Below are positions 1 to 12,254 of a stretch of 43,121 nt of DNA, piece after piece. Below the pieces are notes generated by a model. That model worked only from the letters and a program-made list of their open reading frames with translations. It was not told where the DNA came from and made no database searches. This DNA is from Bigelowiella natans CCMP2755 (lineage: Eukaryota > Protista > Cercozoa), in contig ADNK01001132.1 in assembly GCA_000320545.1 (NCBI GenBank), positions 1 through 43,121 of the forward strand. Direction: 5' to 3'. How positions within the stretch are numbered: the stretch's first letter is position 1; every line of letters begins with the position of its first letter. A program made the position numbers and the translations under genes.

Positions 1-27
1 GGTGTTGGTAGTATTTATATTATGATA

Positions 28-59
<32 letters not shown>

Positions 60-513
60 TACAACTACTACTACTACTGCTACTACTACTACTACTACTA
101 CTACTACGAATATGGTTGGTACCTGTCCATGTCAACGTCTCCTTCTATTGCCTTTAGCTTCATTATAATAATGCACATTCCACCACAATCACCACCACCA
201 CCACCACCACCACCAAAACAACAACAACAACAACACTTAATGTTATACTCAACAAGCAGGTAAAGACGAAGAGAATTTTCTTCACATAAATCATCATAGC
301 ACTAACTTTTGGTGTTGTGTTACTTCTACTGAATAATATATTGTGACTGCTGCTAATACTACTACTACTAATAATAATAATAATACTCTCTATCTCAAGA
401 GTGATAGTAGTGGTAGTAGTAGTAGTAGTAGTAGTAGTAGTACATGTGTTATTCTTCGAGATAGTAGTAACGGTTTTATTGTGCTGGCTATCTTTACTAA
501 CATATATCCATTG

Positions 514-544
<31 letters not shown>

Positions 545-1027
545 TACATATAAATACATTTAATATCGACGATGTACAACAAGAATTTATGCATATGTTA
601 TGTGTATTCAATATGTTCTCTGTGCATTCGAATGAAAGCAGCAGCAGCAGGAGGAGGAGGAGGAGGAGGAGGAGGAGGAGGAAGAAAGACAAATACACAC
701 ACACACACACACACACACACACTACTACTACTATCAAATAGTCGTCGCTATGCTTGCTAAAGAGCTTACCTCTCGCACTAGTGTACTTATATCTAATAGG
801 TATAATCTTTAGTGATTGTAGTAGTAGTAGTACCTTATAGTCCTTAGGTCCTGTTACTGTTGTTGTTCCTTCCGTTTGCTGAACAGAACATCCCATCTTC
901 TCCTACACATACATCAAGATATACTAGATACTGAGCTACTCATCACGAACAAACGAACACTGAAGAGCAAAAGGCATCATCATCATCATCATGATTATTC
1001 TCTCTTTATAAATTCTAGAGCCAAGGC

Positions 1028-1061
<34 letters not shown>

Positions 1062-2282
1062 ATTCTCATTCTTTTTCTTCTTATTATTATTATCCCTATT
1101 ATAGTGCTGCTGCTACTATTACTACTCCTACTGCTGCTGCTACGTCGTCATATTTTGATGATGCACACACACATACACACGCACACACACACACCAAAAT
1201 ACGGCAAAAGGCTGCATCCCCCTGAATACTCTCATTTCCACAGTTGTTTACAGTCACTTTGCCTCCTGTAACAGCAGCAAGAGCCTAAAAAATAACAATA
1301 ATTTATTCAAAGAGTAGAGCAATGGCCAGTTAAGATGATGACCAACACAATGTCATTGCATGATCATCACATAATTACTCCTTACTACTTCGGTGCTGCT
1401 TATCTCGATGATGATGATGATGAGTCACTTACTTTTAATTATCATCATCATTCGATTAATTAATTAATTAACAGCACAATTGTATTATTATTGAGTGGTA
1501 TTACCAGAGGATACGAGGCTGATGAGGCATCACCCTCCACATACCAATCGCTCTTATTTTCAAACCTATTGAAGAATAATCAATATCACTGTTCTTATCA
1601 AACTACTACGTACGCTACTACGACTACTACTACCACTACTACTATTTGATGGAGGTTAGTTGCGATAATTGTGGCCTCCTCCTCCTCCTTCTGCTAGCTT
1701 AATTATTATTCGGTGTAGATCGAAAAAGATGTTGATTGACTGTAGCATTGTTCCATAAGTAGTAAATGGTGGTGAGGAGTAGAAGAACACCTACCAACAT
1801 AAGTACTACTCGTGGTAACATAGACGAATCGATTGTTTTTCCTCTTTTCATTTTCTCATTCTTCTTCCTCTTCGTTTGCAGTTGGGTGGTATTACCAATC
1901 ACTACTTAGTTACTAACCAGCATTCTCTAAATAATTACCCTTTGTTTCCGACCCTAAACACATTTTGCCCTTCCTCTTTGATATCAATCCCTAACGAATG
2001 CGTGCACACAATATGTATTTATCTATTTTACTTAGTTGCATTTCATTGCATATTACCAAATTTCTTGAGTAGATCGATGGTTATGTCAATATAGGGCCGA
2101 GAGCACACACCTGACGATAATGGTGATGATGATGATGATGATGATGATTTTTCGTAATTGTTGGAATTGGTAGTGGCAGTGGTAGTAGTAATAGTGATGT
2201 AGTAACAATACTGTTTTGCAGCAATTGTGGTGAATTATGAATCAATGTCACCTATCATCATCATCATTATCATTATCATCAT

Positions 2283-2319
<37 letters not shown>

Positions 2320-2700
2320 CATTGTTTAATATCATCATCGTCATCATCATCATTATCATCATCATAACCCTCTCCCCTATCGTCCAAACGGAGAGTGACA
2401 GGTTCTCGAGCATAGGATGCACTAATAACATTAAGAATAACAATAATAATCATGAGAATGTACCAACACCAGCAGCAGTAGTTGTATCATCATCACATCA
2501 TTAACCTTATCATCATGATCATAGTGTAATATTCGTATATTAAAATAATAAATAAATAAATAGGAACAATAGTAAAGTGAAGAAGAATAAGGTGCAAGTA
2601 GGAGGCAGCAGAATGCTGGTAAGTTCCAATCTTCTTTGGCCTTCCAAATATGACTCTCTCTCAACGTCAACTTATGTTATTCTATACAACACATACAACA

Positions 2701-2765
<65 letters not shown>

Positions 2766-3130
2766 AGAATGTAGATAGATTATAGATTTTCAATAATGTA
2801 TATTTACTACTGGTGTGCCTATGCATACGAGATAGAGAGGGGAAGAGAAAGAGGGAGAGATATATTCTTTTCTTTTTACTACTTCTACTACTACTACCTG
2901 ATGAGAATTGATGAGACGTATTGGCTGCTGACATTAGCAGCTAAAACAATTTCGCCTCCCTTCCAACCATTTGGTGTTGTAGTGACGAGGATAGGAGGAC
3001 ACCCTTTGCCCTGAGAATCAATCAATGGATAGATATCGGTCAGTAAAGAGTATCACACTAGTACCACTACTACTACTAACCTCTTTGTATTCAATATCAC
3101 AACCTGTCGCCTTTAGAGCATCTACCTAAA

Positions 3131-3173
<43 letters not shown>

Positions 3174-4226
3174 ATTAGATGTGTGACGTATGGACGTAGC
3201 AATACAAACAATAAGAACAATTAATGAAAAAAAAAATAATAATGATGGCGATAATAATAAAAAAAATAATAAAAAAAAAAATAATAATAATAATAATAAT
3301 GGTGGCGATAATAGTAATAATGATGCTAATAGTTACCGCACGTTGTGAAGCATGAATCATCATCATCATCATCATGATGCAAATGTTGTTGTTGTTTTTC
3401 AAAGTACGTACTATTACCAGGTCTGCAATGGGGCGGACCTATTGCCAGCAGCAGCAGCAGCAAGAAAGTAGAAAGAAAGAAAGAAAGGAAAATAAGTTTG
3501 GATATACAGATGTTTGTCAACACCATAGCATAGAAGGGAAAAGAAAAAGAAGAAAAGGTTCTGTGGATCATCCTTGGCCAAAGAATATGTGTAGTTCAAG
3601 GAGGAGGAGGAGGAGGAGGAGGAGGAGGAGGGGAAAATGATGATGATGATGATGATGATGATAATGATGTTGAAGTGATGATGATGATGATGAGATGGGC
3701 TACAAATAGCGACTGTATGATAAATTTCTCTTATTCTTCCTCTCCAACAGCATCATCGTAAGACAAGAAGACTGCCGTTACTACTCTATCCTCTCTCACA
3801 ACGTATATAATTGAAGTAGCTGAAAGATACCTTCATTCGCTCATTTCCAGTTACAACGACCGATCCCTTATAATCACGCCAAGTCGTGTATCACAATATT
3901 CTTACCGTATCATCGAATAAAGGGAAAAAGAAGAAAATGAAGAAGAAGAAACGAGAGGGAAATTATGGAAAAGGTGGTGAAGATTTATTCTTGTTCTTCT
4001 TTCTGTCCTTGTGAGTGTTCGTTGTATATAATAAGCCGCAAGCTGGTTGATAGCAAGTGCATTATTATTTATAATAACAACCCTACCAACTTGTTGCTAG
4101 GAGTTATTCTATGGCTTAGTAGTATCTACCAACTTGTTCGTCCTGTACTACCTTTTCTTGTATAAGATTCACCGCAGTAGAAAGAAATCTCGTCGCAGTT
4201 CCTACATACGTAGTGTGCGTGCGTGC

Positions 4227-4257
<31 letters not shown>

Positions 4258-4270
4258 GTAGTGGTGGTAG
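28..4270. repeat. Dense intronic microsatellites: (CTA/TAG)n, (CAT/ATG)n, (GAG)n, (CA)n, (TA)n, (CT)n
   Basis: Directly visible in nearly every aroA intron. The same applies to TRIP4 (18060-24090) and the 3' half of MMS19 (38430-40750). Confidence 0.95.
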
Positions 4271-5192
4271 TGGTAGTGGCACGGAATTATTCCTAAGGTA
4301 ATTATACGATAGAGCTCTTCGTCAGCATCTACCTGCATTTTTCATATAGAGCTCTGAGTCTGGGAGAGACAATTTGCCTAAAATTTGATTGGTAATAGCA
4401 ATAGTACATGTAGTGGTGATGGTGGTGAGATTGGCTACTGTGGATAATAAACGGTTACTACTAATCTTGGGTTAACAGATCAGTGTTATTGGTAGCTGAT
4501 ACTAATGTAATGAATAATAAGCAGAAAACCACCTCCAGAGCCCTGAATCGACAACACTTCCTTAGTATCATTCCAGCTGTATTGGACTCCTGCAAGATGG
4601 GTATAATTTTCACGGTAATCCATTTTTTATCATGAATCATATCAACAACATTCAGCAAAACATCATGTTCCATAATATTCCCTTGGTTGTGGTCACTGAC
4701 CCATCTTCTTCAACGCAAGCAGCATTACTTCAGTGTCGTCTGAGTGGAGCAGGCCGCTGACCTAAAAGGGTAACGATGTTATTACTCAGGTACAAACTCT
4801 TTATTGCCTTTGGTTATGGCCGCCTTCTCTTGTGAATCAATAATCCGTTGGTTACTACCTTACATTTCCCATTACCCAATGCCGCGAGGAGAAGAACCTC
4901 GAAAAGTATCAGTAGGCAAGAAAATTGATGATGCACATAGTGTATGATGATTTCCAAAAATATTAGTGATGTTACCCTGTTCGAGATGGATTTTGATCCA
5001 GGCACTGACACTGCTCCTTCAGCAATAGAAGGATGGACAAGTACCTTAAGAACGATGCGAGCATAAGAGAAGAAGAAGAAGAAGAAGACGAAGGGATAAC
5101 ACTGCAAATCAATCAATCCTTACCGTCTCAGGATCATCTATACTATCTTTTTTCTGGTCTACTTTGTCCTCCTCTCTAGGGTGTTTCGGCAT
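123..5192 (-). CDS. aroA: EPSP synthase (3-phosphoshikimate 1-carboxyvinyltransferase), AROM-type; multi-exon, 3' part runs off the left edge
   Basis: Manual splicing at GT-AG sites gives MPKHPREEDKVDQKKDSIDDPET (5192-5124) | [23 protein letters not shown] | [13 protein letters not shown] | [14 protein letters not shown].. | ..NAGTATRFL | GNERMK | VRPIADL | VDALK.. | GGEIVLAANVSSQYVSSIL | SRPYIDIT | VEGDASSASY | IQGDAAF | LKAIEGDVDMD (157-123). These are the canonical EPSPS motifs in the correct order. Confidence 0.93.
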
Positions 5193-5467
5193 GATCGGGA
5201 AGTCGACGTAACTCTTTTTCTTGGGGGGGGTATTGAATTACGAAGTAAGCCACTCGATGATTACGATGTATGTCGCAGTTCATAAATTGATCCTTTTTAC
5301 ATATAAACAAAGAGTGTCAGGAGCACAAGAAGCATTTGGCAAATTTCCCATTGTATTCACTCGATACGACTGCATTTTGTGGATGTCGCACCTCAGGAAG
5401 CATGAGAGTTGCTACTACTACTACTACAACGTGCAACCACTGTTTATTCTCCTGCCCAACAAGCACA

Positions 5468-7397
5468 ATGTCCGCAAATGATGATAATGATGCCAGAGAC
5501 GATCAGCCAGTAAGAAGACTCGGCATGCAGATGATTGATTTAGGTTTAGAAGAAGAGAAAGCTAAGAAACGAAAGGAGGATGAAATCCAACAGAAAAAGA
5601 TCTTGGAGAACCAGAAAATCACTTTCTTGAAGATGCATAAGAAAATCAACAGGCTGAAAACGATGCAGGACAGGTCTTTTTCTTTTCATAGCTTTGTCCA
5701 CTGCTGATTATTTAATCTATTTACTTCATTTCTAGAGTAAAATTTATCTCTGAGCAAGAGAAAAAAAACGAGAAAATTCTTGGAGTTAAGGTAAGAGCAA
5801 AAAAAATTAGCTTTCCTCGTCCATAATTGCACTATATTGGACATCCACAGATGCAGAAGTACGCTAGATACACTTCTTCAACTATGATGATATTTATCAG
5901 GCTGATTGTGGAAATCACAAAGAGTTTATTGAAAGAATGGAAGGATTTGGCGTGGAAGAAAAGTTTCAGTACCAACTGCTGATATTAGCTTACAACGCCA
6001 TAGACAAAGCCGAATATAAAGAAAAATTGGCTGGGATGACCGATTCGAAGGATAAGTCACAGTTTGTGAAAGACTGCATAAAGTAAATACAGAAGCTTCT
6101 TGCATGATGACAATGCATACGTGACACCCTACTTCACACATTTTGTATCACATATTTGCAGTACATTCAACGACTATCAAAAACTTTCTAAGGAGGAACA
6201 AGCTGCAAAATCCTTTTCATTCACGAGAGAGGAAATGAAAAAAATTGCATTTGGGAATGCAGCTGCGCAGGTTATATGTAATCTGTAGCAGTAGCCACAT
6301 AATTAATCCCATTCCGAGCAACAACAGCTATACGCAGCTGTAAATTTCCATTCAAATTCTCAGAATCACCACATGTATTCTAGGAATATAACAAGGCCAA
6401 TAAGACACATTATCTCAGGTTTAATATTCCAAAGGTTATGTACAAATGACTTTTGCAGTAGTGTTAATGAATGTGAAAGAGTAGTTTTCTGATTTAGTCT
6501 TTGTTCTAATTGTCGCTACGACTCCTATCATCGTCGTCATTGTTATGGTAGTGTTTTGCATTGGTGATATATATCTCTATAAGGAGTATATGTTGTCGAT
6601 TCTCCAATATACCTCCTCCCATCTATCTATCGTTGATGACATATCTAATTATCCACCGTAGGGCTACAAATGGAAAACCGTCGCTGTTCCTCTCCCGGCA
6701 TCAGTTACTAATAGTAACAAATCTCAAAGAGAAGGCGGAAGGTAATACAAACAAATTTGCTAGGTCTATAATATATTGCGGTGATAGTCAATAACAACGA
6801 AGAAGCTGAAAAGGAGATAGATTAGCGAGCCACCTCTCGTTTTGCTCCTTTTCCCCCAGTAGAAAAAAAGAGAAAGAGACTATTCAAAATCTTGATTTAA
6901 TGATAGCGTAACATTACACTACTTGCTCGCTCTAATTGTTGTTGCTGTTGTTGTCTTCTATGGTATTGTGGTCTTTGCATCATCGTGATATTGTTAACAT
7001 TCTACAATTTTGGTTGCCTACTACTCGATACGACAGAGAGCTTATTATTGTTCAACATCCCAAGAAGGACGGATTGTGTGAATTCCCGTTTGTGAGGAGT
7101 AAATATCCAGTCAGAATCACCATTCCCAAATCTTGGGATAGAAACAAATATGAAAATGGAGACGTCATAGGAGTGAGGTATAACGTCGACATTCCTATTC
7201 TCCATGACAAATAGCTTGTCCAAATTTGAAATCTCGTGCATGTGCAGGGACGATAAGGACATAATAATTTCCACATTCCAACTTATCTTGACAGATTGAA
7301 GGAAAAAGGACCTGTGATGAGTTTGGATGTGCCACCCGGAGTAAGAGCAGGTGATGTCATTCTCATCCACGTGGATGTGTCCAGCAGAAATTCTTGA
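5468..7397 (+). CDS. Hypothetical multi-exon protein with an N-terminal charged coiled-coil-like region and C-terminal VPPGVRAGD-type beta motif
   Basis: ATG at 5468 (MSANDDNDARDD..EEEKAKKRKEDEIQQKK) is divergent from aroA. Clear GT-AG introns occur at about 5674-5735 and 5791-5850. The putative last exon LKEKGPVMSLDVPPGVRAGDVILIHVDVSSRNS* ends at 7397. Internal exon structure is unresolved and it could be two genes. Confidence 0.5.
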
Positions 7398-7946
7398 TTG
7401 TGCAAACTGATGGAAGTATTACCTGTGCACATAGCATTCGTAACAAGATTGTATCGACATACGCACATTATTTGGCACGCATACGCCAATACGATGATGT
7501 GTGTCTTAGATCTTTAGTAATAAACTTTGTACATGGATTCCGTTTTAATACTCAATGATTTTCTCACTGATTCCATCGCTACACGTAGTGTTACGAAATG
7601 AAATGCGTATGTGAACATGATTGAGCTATCAAACCATGCCTACGCCATTCACGATGCTGTTCATTCATGGACTAGATGAAATGCTCACATCGCATTGTCA
7701 TTGTGCGCAAGCAAATGTGGACATGATGCATGAAATTTGTGCCCTGTCGTTGATGTCCGCATCGGCCCGTGTTTCTTTTCAGCTGTGCATGGTCAGCCGT
7801 TTCGTCTCATCATTTCGATTCATGATGGCATTGAGTTGGTTTCGTGGTGCGAGCTGTCAAATTTGCGGTCAAGCACGACTCAGATGCATTGTCATTGTTC
7901 GTGCACGAAACGACATGTACACTATAACACATGCAATTGACACTTA

Positions 7947-10118
7947 CAGAATTGCTCTCAAATTGTTTTTCCCTGTCACATCAAGTTGTGGATCCAGCAT
8001 GACACAGAAACATCACAGTGTGATGATGCTTTGTTGCACACATCAGGTGCAGTGTCGGATGCAGCAGAGTTGAAATTGGGATTGAAGGCGAAAAGCAAAT
8101 CCTGAGGGAAGTGCAAGATCAACAATGTGGGATGTGCATTTGCACAGAGACTGTGATGCTGGAAGGCGTGAAAGCGTTCCCTTCATCAATGTTGCTGTTT
8201 GACGGAAGAAACGACATCACGTTCACAAGTGGTGCGTGGCCTTGGAGCAATTTCTTGAGAACGTTTTTGCCATGATGGACACGCAACACCATGCCAGCAT
8301 GCACAACACTCACATGTGATGTTGCTTTGTCCATTGTCACTTGTCCAGAGAGACACTGTCGGAGTTGCCTCACGCGCCTGCGCACGCTGTGTGCGAGGCA
8401 AGTTTGCAGTTGAAAGTTGTAGCTGACACCAGTGTCAATCTTGACAAAATGTGACATGCAGAAAAGGCACACATCCAATGGAATCCACCACCACCTGCCT
8501 GGTCAGATGGTGCACTGTTGACAATGCCACGTGTCAAAAGAATGCCAAATGCACTCATCAAACAAAAGTCAACACTTGAAATCCATCTTTCACATTGGAA
8601 CATCAAAGTGTTTTTTCAATTCATCCCAATCACCACACAATTTGTCTGCCCAATCAAAATGGTTGAAAGCAATGACACCATCATCCCAAAAAATGTTCAC
8701 GATGACATTGATGAAAACAAGTGTTGCTGTGATCACACTCATGGCATCCACACATCCACACTGTTGCAACATGTCAACAGAAATTGTTTGCAATTGACTC
8801 TTTCAAATGACAAATGACAATTTGACAATTGCCTTGAATTTGTGCCTTCAGGCCAACAAGAAGGCCCCCAATGAACATGCATCATCCCATGAAGGACATT
8901 TTCTTGATCTTGAACAATTGGGTGCATTCCAGAAATTCCAAAATTTGTTTCCATGAATGTCAGAATGACCTTCCAAAACATTCCCATTGGAAACAAATGT
9001 CGTGATTGAAACCAAAATTGTGAACCAAGTTGCGAGTGAAATTGTTCACAAATCACATCACACAATGTCTGGAATGTGTCATTTGATGAAATTGCATGTT
9101 TTCATTGTCTGACATCTGCACGTTTCAGTGCAAAATGCACAATCTGGAAACACGTAGACGTTCTTGGATGGTCCAATTTCTTCTCCACAGTGATGACACA
9201 TTTCACTTTTGCATGTGCATTTCTTCACATTTCCCACAATTTTCTTGTGGAAGATGCCAAAGAGTGGGAATTCAAGCATTGATCTTCACCAGCCATGCTA
9301 GCATGGGTTCTGTGACATGTGCCAGCAGGTGGACGACCTGAATCAATCACTTTGGCTCGACTTCTCCCAGGAACAGTGATTTTGCAATTTCGACATGATG
9401 AAAAGGACACCTCAAATCACTTCCACGATGACTTGGGACGTGACGTTTTGGAATTGTTTTCCAAGTGTCATTTGGGACAGATGTCTAGATGTCAATGATT
9501 CAACGTTTTCTCTGAAAATTTTTTTTCATGTCAATGATGAGAAAATCTTCTTTGGACACGTGCCTGACTTCCATCAGTCTTTCCAGCCACGTGCTCTGGT
9601 CAGACAATTCTTTCAATGCTGGAATGCCTCCTGTGACTTTCCTCCTGTTCCTGCACGCTCTCCAACTTGCTCGCTGCCTTCGTTTTCATCCCAGCTGCAG
9701 CACACGACGCCAGTGCTCTGTTTGGATCCACACTGATGTGTCTGATGTGAACGTGCACATTCAAATCGGACAACACCGTTGATTTTGTGAAGGTCGATCC
9801 AATTGGGTCGATCGAAAAATTGACGATGATCGACCGCACAAATCGATGCACACACAAGCCCAAACAGTCACAATTGCTCACGACCTTCTGAGATGACTCA
9901 TTGAGGCCCAACGCAATTGGTTTCCGAGTGGCAACTCCCAAATCGAACGATCGACGACAGGAGAGGGCACAGAAACAATCACTCACAGAGATCCACGCTT
10001 CAGACAAATCATCAACTGTCAGTTGCCACATTGAGACAAGACATTGTGCACAAAAAAGGCAAAATTCCATGAATGCCCTGCAAAAGACAATGACACAAGC
10101 CATCATCTGTCATGATTT
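7947..10118. other. TpA-depleted block A (degenerate relic sequence)
   Basis: Manual count of 4 TpA in about 2170 bp of AT-rich DNA (8420, 9155, 9299, 9486), all followed by G. The overlapping ORFs are rich in Cys/His/Met and nearly free of Tyr. Confidence 0.9.
9079..9279 (-). pseudogene. Relic ORF with FCS-like (FLZ-type) zinc-finger pattern
   Basis: CHHC-GEEIGPSKNVYVFPDCA-FCTETCR is CX2CX17FC[T]X2C, matching the FLZ pattern CX2CX17-19FCSX2C. It lies inside block A. Confidence 0.4.
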
Positions 10119-10571
10119 TAACACTTGCGACACAATGCGCCAGACGTCAGGTGCACACGTGGCTGACAGTTCAATTCACGGGCAAAATTTCAAAAAAAGA
10201 ATTTCCTCACATACAACTTCAGGAAGGATGTGCATGTGAGTATCATTCAATTTCTCACAGAATTTCAAAAAATGGCGCACAGTTTTGTCAAAACGAAATG
10301 CATTTTCCCACTCTGGAAGAAATCCAGACATTTTTACGTACAGTAGGAAATACTCGTAGATATTTCTCGTGAGACTAGTCATTTCTCATTTCCGTTGAGA
10401 ACTGAGAAAACGTTTGGGTTTTGGAAAGGAGATTTCGGCCTATTTTTCGCCGAAACCCCGGTTTTCTGCAATTTTCCCAGACCGTTATGGTTAAATGATC
10501 ACGAACAATGGTCCTACTCGTAACACCATTTTAAAGTATCCATTATCCAACACACACCGTAGACACTAACA

Positions 10572-11630
10572 ATGGGTTGCAACCAATCACGAGATTCTCC
10601 TCAGAAGAAACTTGCACTGAAGGTATGCAAGACAGGATGCCATCATTAGGCTGATCATGTCAACACCAACAGCAAAACCATAATAGAAATCGAAAAAAAA
10701 AATCGATCTTGTTTCGTTCCATCGTTTAACCTTTGATTCTCTTTTCACGGCAATGCTACGCAATAAAGCATACAAACATCACTCTCCCCACTATCGATGT
10801 TCATTTAGATGTACGAATGCTTCGGGAAGGGCGACATTAAGGGCATCGTGGATGCAGGTTCAGAAGACATGTCCTTCAACTTTGTTGGTGGCGGGCCGTA
10901 CAAGGGGAAGTTTGAGGGTAAAGCCAATGTCGAGAAATTTTTTGGCCTCATTGGGAAGCATTGGGGTGGACCGAAAGGTGTAACCATCGAGTTCTCCCCT
11001 TCTGACTTCAAGCAGTACGGCGAAAGCAAATTGGAAAACACGGTTACCATCAAGCACCTCACCCCTGAAGGCAAGGTGATCTTTGGAACGGAGACACATA
11101 CATGGACGTTCAAGGATGGAAAATGGTCAGCAATAACGGTCTCCCCGAACGATCCAGTGGACATGCACGCTGCTGCCTTCGTCGAAGGAAAACATAATCA
11201 GGCCATCATCCTCTGTCAGATGTGCTGGAGCCTCTTCGGGCAGGGTAGAACAGATGAAATCATCAAGCACTGCAATCTTGAAAATGCTGTGTTTGATCTT
11301 ATGAGCGGAGAGGAAGGGATCGATAAGGTTCCGTACGGGGGCAAGTACATCAACGGGGTGGAGGGAAAAGGATTTGAGATCCCCTTCAAGAAGATGCAAG
11401 AATCCTGGGTATTCGACAAGGATTTCGTGTTCAAGCCAACCGAGTTCACAGCGATGGCCAACGTTGTGACCATGACAGCAGAGATTGACTGCATGACTGT
11501 GGGTGGAAAGAAAATCAAAGGCACGGAGACGCACACTGCTGTCTGTGAGAGAGATGCCAACGGCATCCTGAAAACCAAGTCGTGGACCATTACAAATGGC
11601 AAGCATCACGTCCAGGCGTTTGCAACTTGA
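10572..11630 (+). CDS. Tandem SnoaL/NTF2-like (ketosteroid isomerase-like) domain protein with N-terminal MGCxxS acylation motif, about 290 aa, 2 exons
   Basis: Exon 1 10572-10622 (MGCNQSRDSPQKKLALK), intron 10623-10808 (gtatgc..tttag, phase 0), exon 2 = ORF 10809-11630. Two internal repeats: YECFGKGD..GPYKGKFEG..FSPSDF..GKVIFGTETHTW and WSLFGQGR..VPYGGKYING..FKPTEF..GKKIKGTETHTA. Confidence 0.8.
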
Positions 11631-12254
11631 TTCTACTTGTAATTCGATTTCAACAATGTAATGACCACAGATACAACGATGCGTACGTCATTGTGTACGT
11701 ATGCGTACATGACTACATGCGAGTTACTCCAGCATCCCACAATGGGGCATGTGTGCAACGATTCAATGCGTGAATATGTCTCGTGCAAATGCACTAGACA
11801 AGACGTGATGTGATGAGTCAATCAAATTTGTTGAATGGTCATCCTTGATTAGCTGTGCAATGCAGCAGCTAGCAGAGCGCTAATGTTGTGTCCATTCGTT
11901 TCTGCGGTGATGTGCTTCATGCAATTGAAAGCATCTCTCTCCGGACGTGGACATCCTCCATTTGGCCATGAAAGTGGTTCTGTGCGTTGTTGCACCGTCG
12001 TCGTGCGCATCCTCCTTGTGCAGTGCACTTCTACATCAATTGTGATTCGCACAGCTCGCCGTGGCGTTCCTGAAACTCCTCCTTTGTTGTCATGCACATT
12101 TCTGTGCATGATCGAGGAAGCCAAGAGGCAACAACACGTGCACGCTCAAGATGCGGCCACATGTCGACGCATGTCAAAATGAGCCCACACCAGCAGCAAG
12201 CGCATGGGACATGCATGGAAAAATCATTGCAATTGACATTGAAGCCATCAGATG

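Noticed and set aside
343-4338. Many 60-170 aa ORFs with homopolymer runs (poly-H, L, I, R; THTH, IYIY)
   Set aside because: They are translations of intronic microsatellites inside the aroA gene.
6070-6100. Apparent frameshift or stop (ATA AAG TAA) between two protein-like frames in the hypothetical gene
   Set aside because: It can be explained by a short unrecognised intron or a one-base sequence error. There is not enough evidence for recoding or pseudogenisation.
7621-10239. Cys/His-rich ORFs as real metal-binding proteins, or an alternative genetic code
   Set aside because: They occur in all frames on both strands and are explained by TpA loss. Real genes in the window use the standard code with TAA, TAG and TGA stops.
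10240-10460. Possible terminal inverted repeat bounding block A (tttctc/gagaaa motifs, tttcggc..gccgaaa hairpin)
   Set aside because: I found no matching inverted copy or target-site duplication at the left edge (about 7550-7950). It may simply be promoter sequence.
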